Shown here piece by piece: positions 38,291 to 51,559 of a stretch of DNA of 64,000 bases (position 1 is the first letter of the stretch; every line of letters starts with the position of its first letter). Source of the stretch: Vicugna vicugna (lineage: Eukaryota); NCBI GenBank assembly GCA_013265495.1, contig MU058844.1, positions 10,748,184 through 10,812,183 on the forward strand. Direction: 5' to 3'. Made by a program: the position numbers and the translations under genes. The notes beneath the pieces were generated by a model. It searched no databases. It was not told where the DNA came from and worked only from the letters and a program-made list of their open reading frames with translations.

Positions 38291-39801
38291 GAAGCTCTCA
38301 GTCTCGTCTAAATCAGGGAGGCCTGGGTTCAAACTCATTCACTCCTAGAACTCGGTAGGCACTTAACTTTGCATATAGTAGGAACTAAATATATTTCAGA
38401 GGAATTCATCTATTATCTTCAGACCCATCTGCATATTGAGACACCTAGTAAAAAAAAAAAGGACTAAATCTTTATAAAGCTGTGTTGCTAGCAAGTGGTT
38501 TTTGGAAATAGCCAAATTCTAGAGGCAGATGTACTGTGAAGGAAACCTGATTGTTTTCCATACCCGAAGGAGATGTGGGCTTCCTGGGGAGAGTTTGCAG
38601 AACACGTAGAGTCGAAAGTCTGGAAATGTTCCCTGAACGGAAGCACACAGGTTATTAGCCTATGTTCCCTTGGACGGGTGTCATAGGCCCCCTGTTTTGA
38701 AAGACCGTGGCATAGCAAGAACTTGGCTCTATTTTTCATGGTAGCAGGGCCTTCCTGAGATGAAATGAGTCTCTGGCAGCTGCGCGCCCCTCAGGGGAGC
38801 CAGGGGCAAGAGGAAAGCCATATGCTGCCTACCTGCTCCCGCTGCGGGGAGCCACCACGTTTCCATTCCTTTCAGCACACTGGCGCAATAAATCAGGGAC
38901 TTTCTGGAGGTTCATGTGGGCTTTTCCTGCCCATCCACAGCCTGCCTGAACTGCTGCACACATGCATGACCACCCTCACTGCAGACATGTTTTGTGCATA
39001 ATTTTGTGCAGACTGGAACACATAATCACTCTGGCTTGGTTAATCTGTTTACTGGGCTGCCTGCTGGAGATGCAGTTCTTTCCTCTGGGGTAAACCAGAA
39101 GGCAATCCATCTTGTCTCCTCAAGAGAACCGATCAAAACCAAGTCACATCAAGTACTCTTGGCCTACAATTGGCATTTCGTAGAGGCTAACTTAAATATT
39201 TGGGAAGAGGTGCAATGCGAAATAAGAGGAAAATATTACAGAAAGAGAATGTACCTGTTCTGATTTCTCAAAAGCCCTATTAAAATCAACTCAAAGCCTA
39301 CAAATGCCGCTTACTTAGATAACTTAATCATCAAGGGGTTTTCTTTTTCCAAGTTTATTAGAAAGAAAAATAACCATGGAGGTACCTTGTTCTATTCATA
39401 GGCCTAAGAGAAGCCAGGAATGTCTTTTGTGCCTCTCCCAATCGTCATAGAAGCATGTCACGGTCAGAAATGATTCTTGGATGAGGAAATGAAAGCAGAA
39501 TGGCAGAGACAGGTCTCTGGCCTTTTGAAGCTTGGCAAGTTCTAGAACAGACAGGCATTCATCACTAGATCTCTGGGACCCTCTGGATGCTCCCATTCTT
39601 ACTGCCTCAGGTTCTCAGCTCTGGCTTTACTCTTTATTCCTATCTCTAATTTCAAGCCTTAAACTTGTCAGCCTCAAACTGGGAAAAGGAATGAGGCTGT
39701 GAGCTACCTCATGCAAGAGTGCCCGGACTAAGGACACAGATGAGATGACTGTTCTCTCTGGGGAGAGGCTCTGAAACGTCCCGAGGTCACTCTGGTGAGA
39801 G

Positions 39802-40034
39802 CAGGGCTGGGCTGAGCCTTATGGGAGCCCGAGAGGCAAAGGGAAAACGAGTAATACTGATTTTTGCCTTATTTAGTATTTTGATATTTTGTTCCTCATG
39901 GAATTTCTGAGAAATCCTCATTGAAAAAAGATGGCATTTAAATACGATTTACTTATGACTGAGTTTTGTTTTGTTTTTTTGCATCATTTTAAATTTCGTG
40001 CATGAAGCAAGGGCCTCATTCTGGTCCCATCCTG
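39802..40034 (-). mobile_element. MER96B-like hAT DNA transposon
   Basis: Ends cagggctggg...cccatcctg; internal 'gaggcaaagggaaaacgagtaatactga...ttttgatattttgttcctcatgga'; 8-bp TSD-like flanks ggtgagag and agtgaaag. Confidence 0.75.
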
Positions 40035-40229
40035 AGTGAAAGCCTCGCAAAATATAATGTATTTAACAGAGATACACGTAGTACGTATAGAGAGGTGACA
40101 AGGTATATGGTAAAGAGTAATGTATATTTACACATTATACTTTATAGTATGCGTGTGCTTTATAGTATGTGATAAAACTACAATGTATTTAACAGAAATG
40201 CACATAGTGTACAATAGATACAAAACGAA

Positions 40230-40560
40230 AAAAATGGGGAGCAACACACACTTATTGAGAGCCTACAACATGTGTGGCGGGCATCACTTGTGTGATATAT
40301 AGATCTATTTTCATGTATATATTGCCTGATACATAGCATTATATATATATTATATATATATATCAACAAATGTGATATATAAAATACACACACATATTCT
40401 CATTTAATCCATGGATTTATTCTACATGTTAAAAATGAGGAAAGGATAGCTTGGAGAAGTTAAGTAACTTGCCCAAAGTTGCAGATCTATGATTAAAAGG
40501 AAGAAGTGAATGAAAGTCAGAGGAGTCTGTTTATAAATTCGAGAGTAAGCTGTAAATACT
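40230..40560 (-). mobile_element. MIR SINE with an internal (TA)n tract
   Basis: 'cacttattgagagcctacaacatgtg...ctcatttaatcc...aaatgaggaa...agaagttaagtaacttgcccaaag'. Confidence 0.75.
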
Positions 40561-41352
40561 AACAGACTGCTAGTTAGTGGTGTTACTGCACTTGGGAAAT
40601 ACCACAAAACATTATTCAAGGCTTTATTAAAGAGCAATAATGTTTCTGTGTCTTTCATTGAGATTGAAAATGTACATTTGATGCTAAGACTGTCTAAGTT
40701 TCTAGCAGTACCTTTAAAAAAAAAGTTTTTGGCTTCAGTTGATTTCTCAAGCTCTTAGTGTGAATCAGTGGTTTTGGTAGTTCTTTTTGTGTACCCCAGT
40801 AATATTTAGTGAGCTATGAAATGTAAGTTAAATATTTAAATGTCAGAGAGCTTCAGAGGCAAAGTGTTTCCCTATCAGTCAGTCCTAGTGAAAGCTGTAT
40901 GGGTTAGAGGCAAGATCAGGGCAGTCAATATTAATTATTGATGTCACTCTTCTTGTCGTAGTGAAAGAAATATCTACGAATGACGTGATGGTACAATCAG
41001 GACGTGTTGGGGCTTGAGAAAGGCCATGAACATCTACAATGCTATTTTTATACATTCCTGCTTGCAGTGTGGGATAAATATCTAACAACATGACAACAAA
41101 GAGATCTGTGCAGGAATGAACAACGAAATATCTAGAGTCAATACAGAAGCAGGATCATATACGTAAATACCAGTGCTGGGAAGGGTCAGCCGTGCTAACG
41201 AAGGGTTGATATGATGCTGAAGACATAAAGAAACAACCTAAGATTAAAGAGTAGGTGTTAAAATGTTCAAGAAGTACAAGCCAGAAACTAAACCGGCTCA
41301 GATCTTATTTTTACCCTAATAGTTTAATTTTCAATGTTTTCAAAGGTGTCTT

Positions 41353-41545
41353 AGAGGCAGCATGGTGGTAAGGTAGAAATCTAGTGTTAGGATGCAGGCA
41401 GCCTTGGTTTTGGAAGTAGCTTTTGTCACCTCTAATTTATGACTCAGGAGTGTTATTTAACTTACCTGAGCCCCAGTGGTCTTGTGTAATTGTGGGTAAT
41501 AATAGCTACTTTATGGGATGACCGTGGATATTCATGATACAATGG
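41353..41545 (+). mobile_element. MIR SINE
   Basis: 'gaggcagcatggtgg...gttatttaacttacctgagccccagt...gggtaataatagctactttatggg'. Confidence 0.75.
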
Positions 41546-42714
41546 TTATAAAATGTTCAGTACAAAAAATAATCCAAGTGTATTACGTGAAACATACCAG
41601 TCATTCAATACACAGTAGGTCTGCCTTGTTACTGATGCTTTTGGAGGCAAAGTAATACTACTTTGGAACAAGTATTTAACATGACCTGCAGAAATGACTT
41701 GCCATACCTTGCATACAGGGAATAATGAAAATAATTGATAATTTTTCTTGTTTCCCAAATAAGTAATTAACTGCAGAATTAAAACGGAGAGAAAAAAATC
41801 AATTTTAATATCTAGAGGGCGCTCATATTTAAAATTGATCAGTTGCCATTATAATTAATGACAAACACAGGAAATACGATTTTTTCCCCCTCTAAATAGA
41901 AGAGATTAACCATTTACATGGAATAACCTCATTTAATAGACACTTTTTATTTAACAAAAGCAATAAATTATTGGCCAAGAAGAATTATTTAAGAAGTGCA
42001 TTAGAGAACACGTTAAAAGTGAAAATTAATGGAGATACACTAGCCACATGCAGTAATTGTCATTACTACCGTGTTACTCTCAGAAGCTGTGGAAAATAGG
42101 TTATACCTCAACTTCAAAGGAAAATAAAATTCAACTAAATTGTAACAGTTCCATACATATATATATTTAGCTTTTCTGCCTCTACTTCTCTTTTTAACCT
42201 CAATTCATTATACTCCTTTTCATCAGACTAATAGTCCTGTAACAATACATCTGTGTTTCATGTCTCTGATGGGTCAGCTTGGCTTTTCTAAGTGGTTTGT
42301 TGTTTTTAACTCCTCATTTAAAGAGCAGTCCAAAAAATAATTTCACCAGTGTAGGTTTATTTTAGACTGGATTGTATGGTGCTTGCATTTTGGAAGGTCA
42401 ACGAGCATATGTTATCTCTTTGTGGTTGCATTTGGCTTATAATACATTTCAGTGTCCATGTGATTTTGTTTCAATTTAAAAACTAGTTTGCATTTCTATG
42501 AAAAATAAACCAATCAAGCATTTTGGAGCTCCTGAATCATCTTTGAAGAATACTGGGATTTATCAGAGCATAGTTATGGAACTCTCTGGAGTAGATGGGC
42601 TCTGAGGAGCTTCTGCATGCTACTATTCTGTGATTTTTACGTTACCACGTGCAGCTCCACATATATAAATCGTGCAGTATAAATGAGGGGCAGAGCTCTG
42701 GACATACTGAAAGA

Positions 42715-42900
42715 ATCACAAATCCAAAGAATTTAGAGTCAGAAGGACCTTAAAAGGCCACCTCCCTCCCCTGGCTTCTTTGGAAATGAGGAAACTGAGG
42801 ACCAGAGAGAAATGGAATGATTTGTTCAGTCACTTAAAAAGTGAAAAGTAGTCTGGTGGGATTGCAACTTATCTCTGGACTCCTGTCCAGTGCCCTTCCT
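42715..42900 (-). mobile_element. MIR/MIR3 SINE
   Basis: 'agaatttagagtcagaaggaccttaaaagg...aaatgaggaaactgaggaccagagag...ctcctgtccagtgccctt'. Confidence 0.8.
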
Positions 42901-42967
42901 GGGACTCAGCTGGATTAAATATCATTATCACAGTGGTTATTTGTTCTGACTTTGCCTTACCCATGTG

Positions 42968-43367
42968 TGTTGCCGGCTGTGACGGGACTGAGATTTTGCC
43001 CTACTTGTAAGGTAACAGGTTAGCCTTCTGTAAATTTACAGATGCTGGCAGAAGACCTGAAACTCCCGGGCCAAAGACAAAAAGGACTTTTATTTGTGGT
43101 GCAGCAAACGGCGTGAGCTTCGTATTGGTGTCAGCTCCCCCTGACAGCCTACATGTGTGTCACAGCTGAGGAATCCTAAACTTAGAAAATCTGAATCTTT
43201 TATGATGGGAAGGCAAGCAAACCAGTCTGCCTTTTGCTCTAAATCTCTAGCTTCCAAAGCTGTCTGCCATACAAACGTTCTTGAAAAGACTGAGAATGAA
43301 GGCAGCTGGTTTGTATGGTCTCAAGATGTACAGAAACGTGACACCCATGCGCTGTCTCAGAGCAACA
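42968..43367 (-). mobile_element. Solo LTR, ERVL class (subfamily not assigned)
   Basis: TG...CA-bounded block with 'gagattttgccctacttgtaaggtaacaggttagcc...gatgctggcagaagac...aaaggactttttatt' (antisense polyA signal), resembling ERVL-type LTR consensi. Confidence 0.65.
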
Positions 43368-45019
43368 TGCTGATGAGTTTCCACTAGTTTAGTGATGCAG
43401 GGGACAGTGTAATGCATGAGATGACAGATGGTGTTCAGGTGATGGCTGCTCTTCCTAGAGAGAGTATGAGTTCCAGTCTGCATACTGCAAAGCCTGGTCT
43501 AGATCAAGCAATTCCTTTTAATTTTGTATCAGCACTGCTTCTAACTCTCAAAAGCATCCTACTTTAGTACTTAAATGATATAGTCACCAGGTTCTAGTTC
43601 ACTATGGAAAAAAAAAACTGAATTTTTGAAAACATATTTTTTCCGAATCTTAAAAATTCTTCTTTGATGGCTCCTTCTGTATCCCCGGGAATTCTTGATG
43701 AATCTTAGCAAATACCTCATGTTTTTATGTACAAAGAAAAGACAAGTTTACTTGTTTATGTAAGGGTTTCTGAGAAAGATCTGCAAACTTTTCATCAAAA
43801 AATGTTGCGCTGAGTTTTGTGTGTCTGTTAATTCTCTCTCTCTGTCCATTTGCAGAAGTCTATACCCATTTGCAAAACAAAACATCTTGAAAATGTTTAC
43901 AGTGTACTCATATTGAATCATCTTTGATAAGGCTTTACATCCCATCCAAAGCCCTGTGACTTAAATGGAATCTTACACATTTATACCTAAATTCACTTAT
44001 TAAAAGCCACTCCCTCCATCTGGTTATAGTATTTTCTAACAGGTATCATTAAGTCTCCGGATCTAAACTGCAAAATTTAATCCAGAGATTTCCAACCATT
44101 TTGTATTTTTAGCACAGTTTCAAATACTAAATTTGTAGAAATTCATACTCAAAGTGGTGAATGAGGCAGTATATTTTATGATACAATTCCTCCCAGAGTA
44201 CACAGGTGTTCCTAGGTGTCTTTAGAAAAGCATCCATGGTCACTACACTGCTCAGTTCCTTCAGCAGTGCCTCTTCCTCTTAGTACAACTTTCACCGACC
44301 TGACTGTGCTCTTACAGACCCGTGGGGGGATGTTTTATGGATCTGCTGAGTATTTGCCTTGATACGCATGTGTGCTTTTTCTCTCTTCCTCGTAGTGAAC
44401 TGTGTCCTGTTCTCCGCTGCATCTCACAGCCTGTTCTGCATAATTGTTCATCAGATCAACATAACTAACAGCATGCAAGTTTAGTTTTAGCAAAAATTAA
44501 TATATACATTGCTAAAATCAAAACAAAACAAAAATTGTAAAGAATTTGTGTTTCAGACCACACCAATTGTTTTCACCCTTTGATTGACAACAGATTTCTA
44601 AAATTTTCAACAAAAGTACCCAGAAAGGCAACAAAGAAAGAAAGGATACCATTAGGAGAGTCTAGAGGGTGTAACCCAAGGACACCCCTTTCTAACACAG
44701 TATCACACTGAGGCTATGAGTTGTTTTTTTTTTCCCCTAAAAAAATACATATGCATTTGCACTAAGCTTATTTCATAATATATTTATAATTTTTGAAACA
44801 AACAAAAAATTTCTCCCAAATGCCTGAAGCTCATTGAATTTCTATGAAAATGTAAGAGGTCTGTCTTGTAACTTGAGTATACCGTGCTGCAGTCTGAAAG
44901 GCATAGGCTTAAAATGTGTGCTTGGCTGTAATTCCAAAGGGAGACAGGGTTCTGAGAATTTCCCTCTCTACCTTAAATTCCAATTTATGATGTTTTTCAT
45001 ACCTTATTCATCTCATAAC

Positions 45020-45205
45020 ATCTGTCTGTCAATCCATCCACCCATTCATCCATCCATATATGATTTCATCTGTCTCTGTCTGTCTGTCAACCTATCCATC
45101 TATGCATGTATCTACCTATTTGTTCATCCATCCATCCATATGTAACTGTTTCTATCCGTTCATAAATATATTCACTTATGTGTCTACTTTTGTCTATCTG
45201 TCTAG
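45020..45205. repeat. Degenerate (CATC/TCTA/TCTG)n simple repeat
   Basis: Seen directly: 'atccatccacccattcatccatcc...tctgtctgtc...tctatctgtcta'. Confidence 0.85.
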
Positions 45206-45514
45206 CCAGATACTTAACTTCCTAAATAGCTGACTTTAAATAGTATTAAATAATGTTAATTCACCTCTGCCAATGTGAGCTAACATTTATTCCTAAAAAA
45301 GGGCCTCTTCTATTGCTCTTAATAAATAAAGACAAGGTAGTCATTGTTTCCTAGGTTTCCTATCAGCTTTTATTCTTGCAACTGGCAGATTAAAGACAGT
45401 TAGAAATAGGAAAAGCCACACCACGGCAGGATTTCTGTAGCACAAGAGAGCCCAGGTACCGGCTCCTTCCCAAGAGAGGGAGGGGGAAAAGGAAACGGAC
45501 ACGTTCACCGTCCT

Positions 45515-45725
45515 TCTCAGTCCTCATGACAGCTTTGCTCAGAATCTACCCAGTGTCCCCCCACCAGTCCTTCCAGCTAGGTGCTGCTGTTTTCCCCGTT
45601 CTATAGTTGAGAAATCTAAGCTTTAAAAAGGTTAAGTAGCTTGCTCATACTCACGTGGCTGCAACTGGCAAACTCGGATATAATACATCCCAGGCTGTCT
45701 TTAAATCCCTTGCTCTTAAATGTTA
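45515..45725 (-). mobile_element. MIR SINE
   Basis: 'ccccgttctatagttgagaaatctaagct...aggttaagtagcttgctcatactcac...cccaggctgtct...cttgctcttaa'. Confidence 0.75.
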
Positions 45726-46660
45726 CTAAACTCTTGACCCTCAATTTATTTCATGATAGAAATTGTCCCTCTGGTTTTGACTCTTTTTTTTTTTTTCATA
45801 TCTTTCTTGCAACCAGTGCTAAGTTAAGGCAAAATCAGATTAAGGGTAGGCTAGTCAGGAGTTTCCCAGAAAACCACTGTGTAAGTAGCACTAAAATGTA
45901 TCTCTGAATTGTAAGAAATGAAAAAAATTGTGTTTACCAGAATTTGCTTCTGCCTCTGGGATTCTACTCTGATGAGCAGCTTGGGTGACAGGGCTGAGAC
46001 TCTAAGAGGCGGAGGGGTTATGCTCAAGCAACCAATGTCATTTGATTACTTTTAATGGAAGGTAGGTCTAGATCATGCCTAAGCCTTTATCTTGTTGCAA
46101 AAGGATATGAAACCATGGGGCCACATCTTCATTGTGTGAGATAACAGACTGAATACTGAGAGATTCCAGCAACCTCCTCCTGTGAGGTGTGGTCTTAGAT
46201 GGGAGTGTCCCATAAATCTCAATGACACAAAATTGTGATCAAACAGCCTAGGTGCTAATTCTCAAGTTGAAAGCTTGAGTCTTAGTGAATTCAGGACTAA
46301 CATCGCAAGGTTGACAACTGTAGAATTCATGTCATTCCTAGACCCTTCCCTAACTACAATCTTGAGTCCAAGATAAGGTTGACGGAGTCACCATTCCTGT
46401 GTTTTTCACTTTGGCACCTGTCTACTCCAGTCTGCTCAGTCACTGAGGACATCCGGGGCCCCATCTTATTCTGGGTCTAAAAATACTTTTTACCAACACC
46501 ATTTTGAGGTCTCCAGCTAGACGCCCTAAATGAGGTCATTTGACACTGCATATCCTCCAAAGTGGCTGTCGCTGGAGTTACCCAAGTGACAATTCTAACA
46601 TACGATAAAATACTTTAAAAAATAAAGTTGTTCAGAATATCCTCTTATCTTTTAAAAAAA

Positions 46661-46791
46661 TATTTTTTTATTTTGTTTTGGGGGGAGGTAATTAGGTATT
46701 TATTGATTGATTTTAATGCAAGTACTGGGGATTGAGCCCAGGACCTTGTGTGTGCTAGACACACACTCTGACCCTGAGCTATACCTCCCCC
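46661..46791 (-). mobile_element. Camelid tRNA-derived SINE (Vic-1-type), full length
   Basis: Minus strand: 'gggggaggtatagctcagggtcagagtgtgtgtctagcacacacaaggtcctgggctcaatccccagtac...cctaattacctccccccaaaac' plus an A-rich tail. Confidence 0.88.
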
Positions 46792-47029
46792 TATAAAATG
46801 CTTTTAATAGAGCCATTCCCCTTTTCTCCCCCTTGCTCTCTCTCTATATATACACACATGCTCTCTCTAAATGTGTATGTACACACACATGCACACAGAC
46901 TATATAATAAAGATATAAACTCTTTATTTTAAATGTGCTGATACTAATTTTTGCTAGTCTCCAAGATCTACTCAGGGCTTGCTCTTCTTAAAGATAATAG
47001 TTCTTTAACACTTACTTATTTAACAGATG

Positions 47030-47325
47030 ATCCCTAAATTCCTCCTCTATGACACACAGTCATGAACAAAGAAAAATCTCCGCTCTCTTGGAGCCTACAT
47101 TCAGATGACACTAAAGAGACAGAAGTCACATGGTGATAAGTGCTCTGAAAAAAATAAAGAAAAGGCTGGAGAAGCAGGGTAGTGAGTGATGGGATGGGGG
47201 ACTTGCTGGCCGTGAGGAAGATGAGAAAGGCATCTTTGAGAAGGTGGGCTTTGAGCAGAGACCAGAAGGAACCTGGGGGCTGCCTGTTCCAGGAAGAGGG
47301 CGTGTTCCTGACCCAGGAATGTGGC
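47030..47325 (-). mobile_element. L2 3' region
   Basis: 'tctcttggagcctacattcag...ggtgataagtgctctgaaaaaaataaag...aggcatctttgagaaggtgggctttgagcagagacc'. Confidence 0.8.
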
Positions 47326-47809
47326 ATGCCTACTAACAAAGTGATACTGACATTGGAGCAGTTGAGGGCAAAACATTTTTTTCATGTTTTAAATTTTGTA
47401 CAAGTAAGCCGAGAACTTCAAACATTTTTGTTACTATACAATGTCTGCCAAAGAATAGAGTCCTCAGCTAGGAAGAAGAAAAAATATGTTACCTTCTGCT
47501 TATGCAGTTTTTAATAGTGTCTACCCATTTTTCTTGAGGGTTCTGTGATGTAACTTTCTGAAATAAAGCAATCTACTAAGTCCTAAGACATATACCAAAG
47601 AAGGGATGGATGTTTGATTGAGAATCTTAAAAAAGAATAGGGATATAATTAGTCACCAAATATGAAATGCAGTAATATACAGCTGCATGTATACAGTGAG
47701 TCCTTGGAGAAGTCTCGTTTTCTACTCAAGTCCTTATTTTCTTGCCACAAAATTTTGAAAATGTACCATCTGATAAAGATGATGATGGCGTTGATGATGA
47801 TGAAAGAAA

Positions 47810-47990
47810 TTATTTAATTGAGCTCTTATTTCCAGGTTATCTACAGGTTATTTAAATTCTTCCTCATAATTGCTTGGGTTTGGTATCTTTTTTCAGATGA
47901 AGGAATGGATGTTCTGAGGGGTTGGGTATGATCTCCAAGATCAAACAACAAAAGAGCTGTAAAGAGTGTATTCAAACACTGGGTGTCTAT
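47810..47990 (-). mobile_element. MIR SINE (degraded)
   Basis: 'tttttcagatgaaggaatggatgttctgagggg...ccaagatcaaacaac...attcaaacac'. Confidence 0.6.
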
Positions 47991-48709
47991 GCTAGTTCCA
48001 TGACATCGTGTTGGTGCTGGGGAATTCTGAAAGGCAGTATACTTCTGGGTATGTTTAAGGCTGAGTCAGAAGTGTGAATTAGAGATTGGCTTTTCAAGTG
48101 TGAATCCTGGTCTCCTGTATGTAAGAGTTTTGCTTGACAATTTCACTGTGACTTAGTTCATGAAATCCTCCTGGGGATGTGGCAGGTATTAAATACGTCA
48201 GTGCAGGTTCTTGTCAGTGTCTGGCATGCAGTATGTGCTTGATGAACGTTAGTTTAAAAATATGACAAGAGCAATAACAAAAAGAAGCGGGTAGGGAAAG
48301 GCATTTCTCCCACTGGCATCTGAAAGAGTCCTTAATGAGTCTCCTCTTCACTTAAGGGGAAGAGTAAAGCTATTCTGGATATTTTTTCCTCCTTTTTTGT
48401 CAATTTACTGGTCAAGGCCGAAAAAAAAAAAAAAAGGAAAAAACCTTACATTTATGAACTTTAAAAACTCACCCTATTTATTTGTTTCAGGTTTATGGGG
48501 AATCACTAATTTGAGCTCATTGAGTTCTAACACCAAAAATGAAAAACTAAACCTTTAGACACCTGCTGTCATTTAAGAAAATATAAAACGCTTCCATTTT
48601 ATTTTAGCCAGAGGGAAAAAATATAGTGAGGTTATATGCATAAAAGAACGGGATTTATGCAGTGAATGTGTTTCGAAAATGTAGGTGAACAAAATGTTTG
48701 TGATACCAT

Positions 48710-48825
48710 AATGCAGTGCTGTGGTTTTAAGTGACTCATAGGTCACTCAATCCCTATGAGGCTCAGTTTCCTCATCTGTAGAATGGGGATACTGTTCATA
48801 TCTATAGGATCAAATGAGTTAACAA
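48710..48825 (+). mobile_element. MIR SINE core
   Basis: 'ctcagtttcctcatctgtagaatggggata...aggatcaaatgagttaa'. Confidence 0.85.
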
Positions 48826-51559
48826 TTAGGTGGTGTTATTTTAAAACGACTACTTATTTTGTGTCGTTAAAGATTTTCCACCCCACCCCAGCCCTCATTT
48901 CTGAAGTGACAGCTAAGGAATTACCTTAAATATCATGCTTCAGAAATGTCCGTAACTCACTCAAACTTACGAGACTTAATTTATAGGCAAGAAAAGGAAT
49001 GCAACTTAGAAATGATCAGACACATTTGCTTTACTTTTCACATTTGGAATCTGAATTAGATATAGCCACGTTCACTAACAGCCCAACTTACAGGGAACTT
49101 TTCCAATCTACAGGAAACTTTCTTAAAAAATCCAATTTTCAGGAAACGAGTTAAAAATTCACACATATTTGGAGTGTGAATCTTTTTACTGACCTTTTTT
49201 CAAAGAAATTTCATATCATTTCTACAGTCTTTTACATCTAATTCTGTGAGTGATGATGACTTTGAAGGAAGAGAGTATGCTTAAACACGTGCTACAGTTC
49301 TGTCATTTGGAGGATCTTAAAAATCTTGCCAGGGAACATGATAGACGGAAGACATCTACTCCAAAAAGTGCTGAGAAGCAACGACAAGAGGGGAACAGTT
49401 TCATTAAAATGTGTGGTTAAAAATGTAGCTTTTCTAAGTTTGCCTTTATTGGGGGAACAGGACTTTTTCTTTTTCTTTTTTCTTTTTTGTTTAACGTCTG
49501 GCTGTCATGTATTAGGAACTCAGTAAATACTCGCTGACTTGACTGGCATCTACAATGTTGTATATTATTCAGTACCTTAACAGGTTATTAATAATTAAGT
49601 GAATAAAAGGCTCGATTTCCTCCCTACGCAAGGTCTGTCCTTGGGGCATTAAAGACACTACTTAGGCTCTGGAATTTTTGTTTGAAAGCAGCTAATAAGA
49701 ACATTTCCTTTCTAGTAGCATCTCAGGTGGCTAAGCACCCAAGTTTAGCAGACTCGAAAACCTGGCCTTAAAGCTAACCCAGCATAAATAGCCAGGGATG
49801 GGCAGGAGAGTCGCTTGTGGGTGATGGTGGAGGTGGAGAGTGACTCTTTGGTTAATGAGCCCTGAATGGGAAGAGGACAAAAGGGGAGAATTGAATACAT
49901 CTTTACAGAGGTCTTGCGTCTGAAATGAACAAGAGGCTGGCAATGCTGAGCAGCAGTCTACCTTTTCAGGTTTATTTGATGTGACTTAAAAGTGCCCTCT
50001 ACGTTTTACTCCAGGTTGTTCGAGGATGTTAGAAAACCCGACAGACAAAGAAAATTTTCACTTCTAATGAACATACGAGGCTGCCTTTTTCTACAGAAGC
50101 ATTAATATGCCACGTCCAGGAATGCCTGGGACGGGCATGGCTGGAAGCATGTCTCTCGGTGTTTCAGGAGGCAGGTAGGGCAGTGGGTAGTGTGGATGTG
50201 AACAGTGGGGTCCTAATGATTGGGAAATGGGTTTGCCAAAGGAGAAGGAAAGGCAAAGACAGGCTAGGAGTCATTTCTGGGAAGAGAAACTGACCCCAAC
50301 CCTGGGGTGTCTATGGAAGACAAGGTGACAACATGGACCAAACCCCGCTCTTCCATAAGGGCCCACGTGAGACAACACCTGGATGATTTCTGCTGATGTG
50401 AAACATTATAGCTCGGTGCTCTCTCAATTCTGACTCACATTCCTAAATAATTCCTTTTTGGGAAAAAGGAGACACTGACAAGGTGCAGGAGAACTCCCTC
50501 CCAGGTCAGGGAACTCGGGATTCAAGGCTGATGCTAGCTTTGAGGCAAAGCAAAGAGTCTGCATCAGGATGATGCCCATGCTGCCTCCGAGGTGTTAAGA
50601 ATGGGATGTGTAAGGACATTCTCTTACTGTAAGCATGTATTTGAACACATGCAATACCACACAGCTTTTTGATAAACATGAACTTTTCATATGGAGTCCT
50701 TTTTTAAAAAAAGTGTCTATTTCAGCTAACGTAAGTGGGGGAATATATGTCTTAGCATGTATCAGGCAAGTCCAGCCTTACTGATAACATGCTGTTTCAG
50801 ACACATTATGTATTGTGACTGTGAAACTGACTGCTAAATTGAAATTCAGAAAATATGGGCACCATGAAGCTTTTCTAAGCAACTCTCTTTCTCAAATGTT
50901 GTAATTCACATTTAAAATTATGTATCAGTTAATTGCTCTGCTCTCCTGAACTGACTGAGTTCTCATCACTATGGAAGACATAAAGATGCTCTGACTTGGA
51001 TAAATGTTTTTCTCCCCTAAGCACAGGCCCGTGTCTTTATGTGGTAATGTTTCTCATATGCACTAGGATGGGTAGGGAATTGGGGAGCCGAATGCATTGC
51101 TTCTGGGGAGGCCTGTGGATGCGAATGTTGAGCTTGGTTGGTTGGCCCAGTCTCATGGATCCAAGTGTTCCACCGCAGTCCTTTAGGAGGCAGCTGGGAT
51201 ATTCACTACATCTGGTTGTACTGGGGATTGAGAAAAGGGGAAGGGAGATGGTATTTTCCCATCTGTGCCTTGCAGGATGCTTGATTAGTTTCCGTCCTTA
51301 CTCAAGGGAAGAAGAAAGCTATTTAAGCAATTTCGCTTAGAAAAAAAAATAGTACAAGTTAATTCAGGAAGCAAAGGAATCTTCCACAATGATTTGAAGT
51401 GCTCCTCTTTGTTTCAGCAAGTCTCAGGCTTTTCAAGGTCATCTGCCAGCAGACATTTCTGCTCCGGAAGCCCAGACACCAATGATGCCAAGTCAACTCT
51501 CCAGATACTTAGTTAGCAACTTCCAAATAGAAACCCCACTATTCTGATTTTTGTAGGAC

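Noticed and set aside
42650..42690. TATA-box promoter (tatataaat, gtataaat)
   Set aside because: Such motifs are common in AT-rich DNA, and the site runs into a MIR with no supporting exon.
46000..46590. Possible LTR remnant (also 25870-26160 and 33960-34400)
   Set aside because: Composition is suggestive, but I could not identify termini, TSDs or a family match.
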